Below, piece after piece: positions 20,835 through 24,000 of a stretch of DNA of 24,000 nucleotides. A program made the translations under genes and the position numbers. Source of the stretch: Rhodospirillum sp. A1_3_36 (GTDB lineage: Bacteria; Pseudomonadota; Alphaproteobacteria; Rhodospirillales; Rhodospirillaceae); contig NZ_JBLAVB010000027.1 of NCBI RefSeq assembly GCF_047263945.1, positions 1 through 24,000 on the forward strand. Reading direction: 5' to 3'. Each line of letters begins with the position of its first letter. Position 1 is the first letter of the stretch. Under the pieces are notes generated by a model, which was not told the origin of the DNA, did no database searches, and was given only the letters and a program-made list of their open reading frames with translations.

Positions 20835-22100
20835 TCAGTGCAGATTGGGCCGGGCGCCGACGCCCTTTTCGTCGATCACATGACCGCTTTCGAAGCGCCT
20901 CAGGGAAAAGGCGGCGGCTGTCTCATGGGATGTGTCGGTCGCCAACAGATGGGCGAAGGCGTACCCCGAGGCGGGAGTCGCCTTGAAGCCGCCGTAACAC
21001 CAGCCACCATTGAAGTAGAGCCCCTCCACGGGTGTCCGATCGATGATCGGCGAGCCATCCATGGACATGTCCACCAGACCGCCCCACATGCGCAGCAGGC
21101 GGGCCCGACCGATCAAGGGCATGATCGCCATGCCGCCTTCGCACACATCTTCCACCACCGGAAGGTTGCCCCGCTGGGCGTAGGTGTTGTAGCCGTCGAT
21201 ATCGCCGCCAAAGACCAATCCGCCCTTGTCGGACTGACTGACATAGAAATGTCCGGCGCCGAAGGTAATTACCCCGGGCAGGATCGGCTTCAACCCTTCG
21301 GAGACGAAGGCCTGCAGCACATGGCTTTCAATGGGCAGGCGCATCCCTGCCATGGCCATGACCCGACTGGACGATCCGGCCACGGCCACGCCCACTTTTT
21401 TCGCGCCAATGACGCCTCGGGTGGTCTCGACGCCGACGACCCGCCCCCCCTCGACACGGAAGCCCGTGACCTCGCAATTCTGAATGATGTCCACGCCCAT
21501 GCGGTCGGCGGACCGGGCATAGCCCCAGGCCACGGCGTCGTGGCGGACCGTGCCACCACGACGGTGCATCAAGGCCCCCTTTATGGGGAAACGGGCGTTG
21601 TCGAAGTCCAGGAATGGCGCTTCCCGACGCACGCCTTCGACGTCCAGCAATTCCGCGTCGGCCCCATGGAGAATCATGGCATTGCCCCGCCGCCGATAGG
21701 CGTCGCGCTGGCCATCGGTGTGGATCAAGTTCATGATCCCCCGCTGGCTGACCATCGCGTTGTAGTTCAGGTCCTGTTCCAGGCCCTCCCACAAATTCAG
21801 GGAAAAGGCATAGAAGGGTTCATTCCCCGGCAACAGGTAGTTGGCGCGAATGATCGTGGTGTTGCGACCCACGTTGCCACCACCGATCCAGCCCTTTTCC
21901 AGGACGGCGACACGGCTTTGTCGATACACCTTGGCCAGATAGTGCGCCGTCGCCAGACCATGGCCACCACCACCGACGATAACGATGTCGTAGTCGGATT
22001 GGGGGGCCGCGTCGCGCCATGCGGGCTTCCACCCCTTGTGCCCGGTAAGGGCCTCCTTGATCACCCTAAATCCTGAATATGCCAAGACCGTCGCCTCCAT
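20835..22100 (-). CDS. soxB: Sarcosine oxidase beta subunit
   Basis: ORF 20835..22166. Start set at MEATVLAYSGFRVIKEAL (22100), because the upstream 22 codons are AT-rich and atypical. FAD fold YDIVIVGGGGHGLATAHYLAK and EKGWIGGGNVGRNTTIIR. Confidence 0.9.
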   Translation of the reverse strand: MEATVLAYSGFRVIKEALTGHKGWKPAWRDAAPQSDYDIVIVGGGGHGLATAHYLAKVYRQSRVAVLEKGWIGGGNVGRNTTIIRANYLLPGNEPFYAFSLNLWEGLEQDLNYNAMVSQRGIMNLIHTDGQRDAYRRRGNAMILHGADAELLDVEGVRREAPFLDFDNARFPIKGALMHRRGGTVRHDAVAWGYARSADRMGVDIIQNCEVTGFRVEGGRVVGVETTRGVIGAKKVGVAVAGSSSRVMAMAGMRLPIESHVLQAFVSEGLKPILPGVITFGAGHFYVSQSDKGGLVFGGDIDGYNTYAQRGNLPVVEDVCEGGMAIMPLIGRARLLRMWGGLVDMSMDGSPIIDRTPVEGLYFNGGWCYGGFKATPASGYAFAHLLATDTSHETAAAFSLRRFESGHVIDEKGVGARPNLH

Positions 22101-22251
22101 GAAATCTGGAGACAGATTGCCCGATTCACCGGCGCCGATTATCGTTATATGGACAGATATTTTCATTTTTGAGACTTTTCGCGACGCGGGTCCGCCATTC
22201 CCCGACCGCCATGCGGGATCCCACCCGCGCCGATTTCGCGATAGTCCTCGC

Positions 22252-22295
22252 AGAAAAAAGTCTGGCGCGCCGAACCGGAACGTTCAGCGCGCCAG
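22252..22295 (-). terminator. Rho-independent terminator after the reductase gene
   Basis: On the - strand: CTGGCGCGC-N16-GCGCGCCAG (9-bp stem, + coords 22262-22270 / 22287-22295), followed by ACTTTTTTCTG (T-run is the + strand A-run 22254-22259). Confidence 0.65.
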
Positions 22296-22308
22296 ATGGG
22301 TGTCCAAC

Positions 22309-22374
22309 GCCTCCCTTGAGGGAGGCCTGGTCCATTCACATGCGGCCAATCCATCGTCAAAAGCGATGGATTGG
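22309..22374 (-). other. Two additional perfect hairpins in the reductase-soxB spacer
   Basis: GCCTCCC-TTGA-GGGAGGC (22309-22326) and CCAATCCATCG-N7-CGATGGATTGG (22346-22374, 11-bp stem). Neither has a U-tract. Confidence 0.55.
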
Positions 22375-22402
22375 CGTCATCCCGGGTCGACCCGCATCGG
22401 CG

Positions 22403-23494
22403 TCAGCCCAGGTCGGCCAAAACCACGTCCGACAGGGGGGTGGAACAACAGGCGAGGATATGGCCATCGGCCTCCTCGCGGGCCGTCAAGCCGCCGTGAT
22501 GCTCCATATGGACCTGACCCTCCAACAGTTTCAGCTTACACGTCCCGCACAGCCCTTCCTGGCAGCCCGTTGGAACACGCAGGTTCGCCGCCGCGGCGGC
22601 TTGGGTCAGCACGACCCCTTCCGGCGCCGCGAAACTCCTCCCGCGGAATCGCGCGGTCCAACCGACCGTCTCCTTCGCTTCCGTGGGGAAGACTGCGGGG
22701 GTCATCGGTCGGACGGCGCCGAATGTCTCCGTCAGGAAACACCCCGGATCCCCGCCCTCGGCCCGGTGGATCCGGGCCATCGCTTCCATGAAGGGCGCCG
22801 GGCCACAGCAGAAGACCGTCCGCCGCTCAAGGGAGGGGACCATGACCCGCAGCAGGCGCCGATCCGGACGGCCACGAAAGCCACTCCAACTCCGGCCCGC
22901 TTCCGGCGTGGTCACGCAATCGGCCCGGGTCAGGTTTGGCATGGCGCCGTCGATGGCGGCCAACTCGTCGGTGAACAGCAGATCCTCGACCCGCCGGGCG
23001 ACTTGGACCACCGCCACGTCAACGCCCTCGCCCCGTCCATGCAGCCAGCGCAGCATGGACATCATCGGCGTGAAGCCACTGCCCGCGCCGAGGAGCAACA
23101 GGGGCTCGCCCGGGTGGTGAACCAGGGAGAACCGTCCGAAGGGACCGCGGGCCCGTAGCCGATCTCCCATGCGCAGGTGCTCGTGGATGAACCGCGTGGC
23201 ATGGCCATCGGCCGCAGCCTTGATGGTCAGGGACAGACGGTTCGGGTCGAGGCCCGACGACGCGATCGTGAATGTCCGGATGGCGGGTCCATCCGTCATG
23301 GGAATGGTCAAGGCCAGGGCCTGGCCAGGTAAGTGACGCAGCGGCGGTTGCCCCGGCGCCAGTTCGAAATCGAAGGTGACCACTTCTGGCGTATCCTGAC
23401 GCCGCCCAACGAGGTCAAGATCGAGATCCCGCGGCGAGAAGGCCGGCGCCGCGGGTTTGGGATAGGGCCGCGTGGCCGTGGAAGAGGTCCGCAT
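22403..23494 (-). CDS. FNR-like flavin reductase with C-terminal plant-type 2Fe-2S ferredoxin domain (GbcB-like oxygenase reductase)
   Basis: ORF 22403..23623. Start set at MRTSSTAT (23494), 4 nt after the upstream stop, giving 363 aa. FAD/NAD motifs RTFTIASS and LLLLGAGSGFTPMMSML. C-terminal CQEGLCGTCK...ILACCS cluster motif. Confidence 0.8.
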   Translation of the reverse strand: MRTSSTATRPYPKPAAPAFSPRDLDLDLVGRRQDTPEVVTFDFELAPGQPPLRHLPGQALALTIPMTDGPAIRTFTIASSGLDPNRLSLTIKAAADGHATRFIHEHLRMGDRLRARGPFGRFSLVHHPGEPLLLLGAGSGFTPMMSMLRWLHGRGEGVDVAVVQVARRVEDLLFTDELAAIDGAMPNLTRADCVTTPEAGRSWSGFRGRPDRRLLRVMVPSLERRTVFCCGPAPFMEAMARIHRAEGGDPGCFLTETFGAVRPMTPAVFPTEAKETVGWTARFRGRSFAAPEGVVLTQAAAAANLRVPTGCQEGLCGTCKLKLLEGQVHMEHHGGLTAREEADGHILACCSTPLSDVVLADLG

Positions 23495-23498
23495 CGGC

Positions 23499-24000
23499 CT
23501 ATTCCGCAGCACGAATGATCGAGGTTTCGTCTCCGGATAAAAATTGTGCAAGTTGGCCCCGGTACCAGGCAATGAAGTTGATCGCCATGAATTCCGAAAT
23601 CTCCGAATAGGGACCGGGTTCATAGGCCGGAGAGTGCACGCCGCGTTGGTTTTCCTCGGCCAGGGTGCGGTCCTGGGCGTTGGTCGCGACCCACACTTCG
23701 GACAGGCGTTGGGGGTCGTAATCCCACCCTTCTATGGCATCTTCATGCACCAGCCAGACGGTGCGCACCTCGGTTCGTTCCGGCCCCAGGGGCAGGACAC
23801 GGAAATGAATGCTCATCTCCGACAGGAAATGATGCCAGTTGTTCGGCACCCGGAAGGCCCGCACGGACCCAAGGTCCGGATCGGTCAAATCCGCCAACAG
23901 CTTCTTGCAGGCCAATTTACCATCCAAGGTCATGGACTGGACGCCCTCGCGGAAGGGCAAGCGAATGCCGCGGAATTCCAGCCCCCCATCCACGGGCGCA
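23499..24000 (-). CDS. Rieske-type non-haem iron oxygenase alpha subunit, C-terminal part only (GbcA-like); 5' end lies beyond the window
   Basis: Open frame to the window edge. C-terminal catalytic-domain-like sequence ...NNWHHFLSEMSIHFRVLPLGPERTEVRTVWLVHEDAIEGWDYD...NAQDRTLAEENQRGVHSPAYEPGPYS. Tightly coupled to the reductase gene and adjacent to the sox genes. Confidence 0.7.
   Translation of the reverse strand, partial: APVDGGLEFRGIRLPFREGVQSMTLDGKLACKKLLADLTDPDLGSVRAFRVPNNWHHFLSEMSIHFRVLPLGPERTEVRTVWLVHEDAIEGWDYDPQRLSEVWVATNAQDRTLAEENQRGVHSPAYEPGPYSEISEFMAINFIAWYRGQLAQFLSGDETSIIRAAE

Noticed and set aside
22101-22166. N-terminal extension of soxB (MKISVHITIIGAGESGN...) that superficially looks like a GxGxxG motif
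   Set aside because: The codons are AT-rich and atypical for this genome, and no RBS is present. Canonical SoxB N-termini begin near the YSGF motif, which follows the ATG at 22100. The real FAD motif is VIVGGGGHG further on.

Overview
High-GC, alphaproteobacterium-like chromosomal window in four blocks. (1) 1-5.4 kb: a decayed toxin-like gene fragment, then an IclR regulator divergent from a TRAP transporter operon (DctP/Q/M-type) and a PanE/ApbA-family reductase. (2) 5.4-13.0 kb, + strand: a self-contained beta-glucoside PTS operon. It has a promoter, a RAT/terminator attenuator, a BglF-like permease with an unusual EIIB-EIIB-EIIC-EIIA layout, a BglG/LicT-type PRD antiterminator, an EIIA(Glc)-HPr-EI multiphosphoryl transfer protein and a GH1 6-phospho-beta-glucosidase. 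(3) 13.1-14.0 kb: a badly decayed IS110-family transposase pseudogene interrupted by a ~135-bp palindromic mosaic (MITE/RIME-like) element. (4) 14.1-24 kb, all on the - strand: glycine betaine/sarcosine catabolism. This comprises a partial Rieske oxygenase plus FNR/2Fe-2S reductase (GbcAB-like), a terminator, soxBDAG, folD, purU and a GlxA/GbdR-like AraC regulator. I saw no rRNA, tRNA or CRISPR array. I do not see a convincing wholly new system, and there are no defence-island-like genes. The most unusual content is the autonomous, domain-duplicated PTS cassette next to IS debris. Long ORFs antisense to these genes are judged GC-driven artefacts. All homology statements rest on motif recognition by eye, not on database searches.
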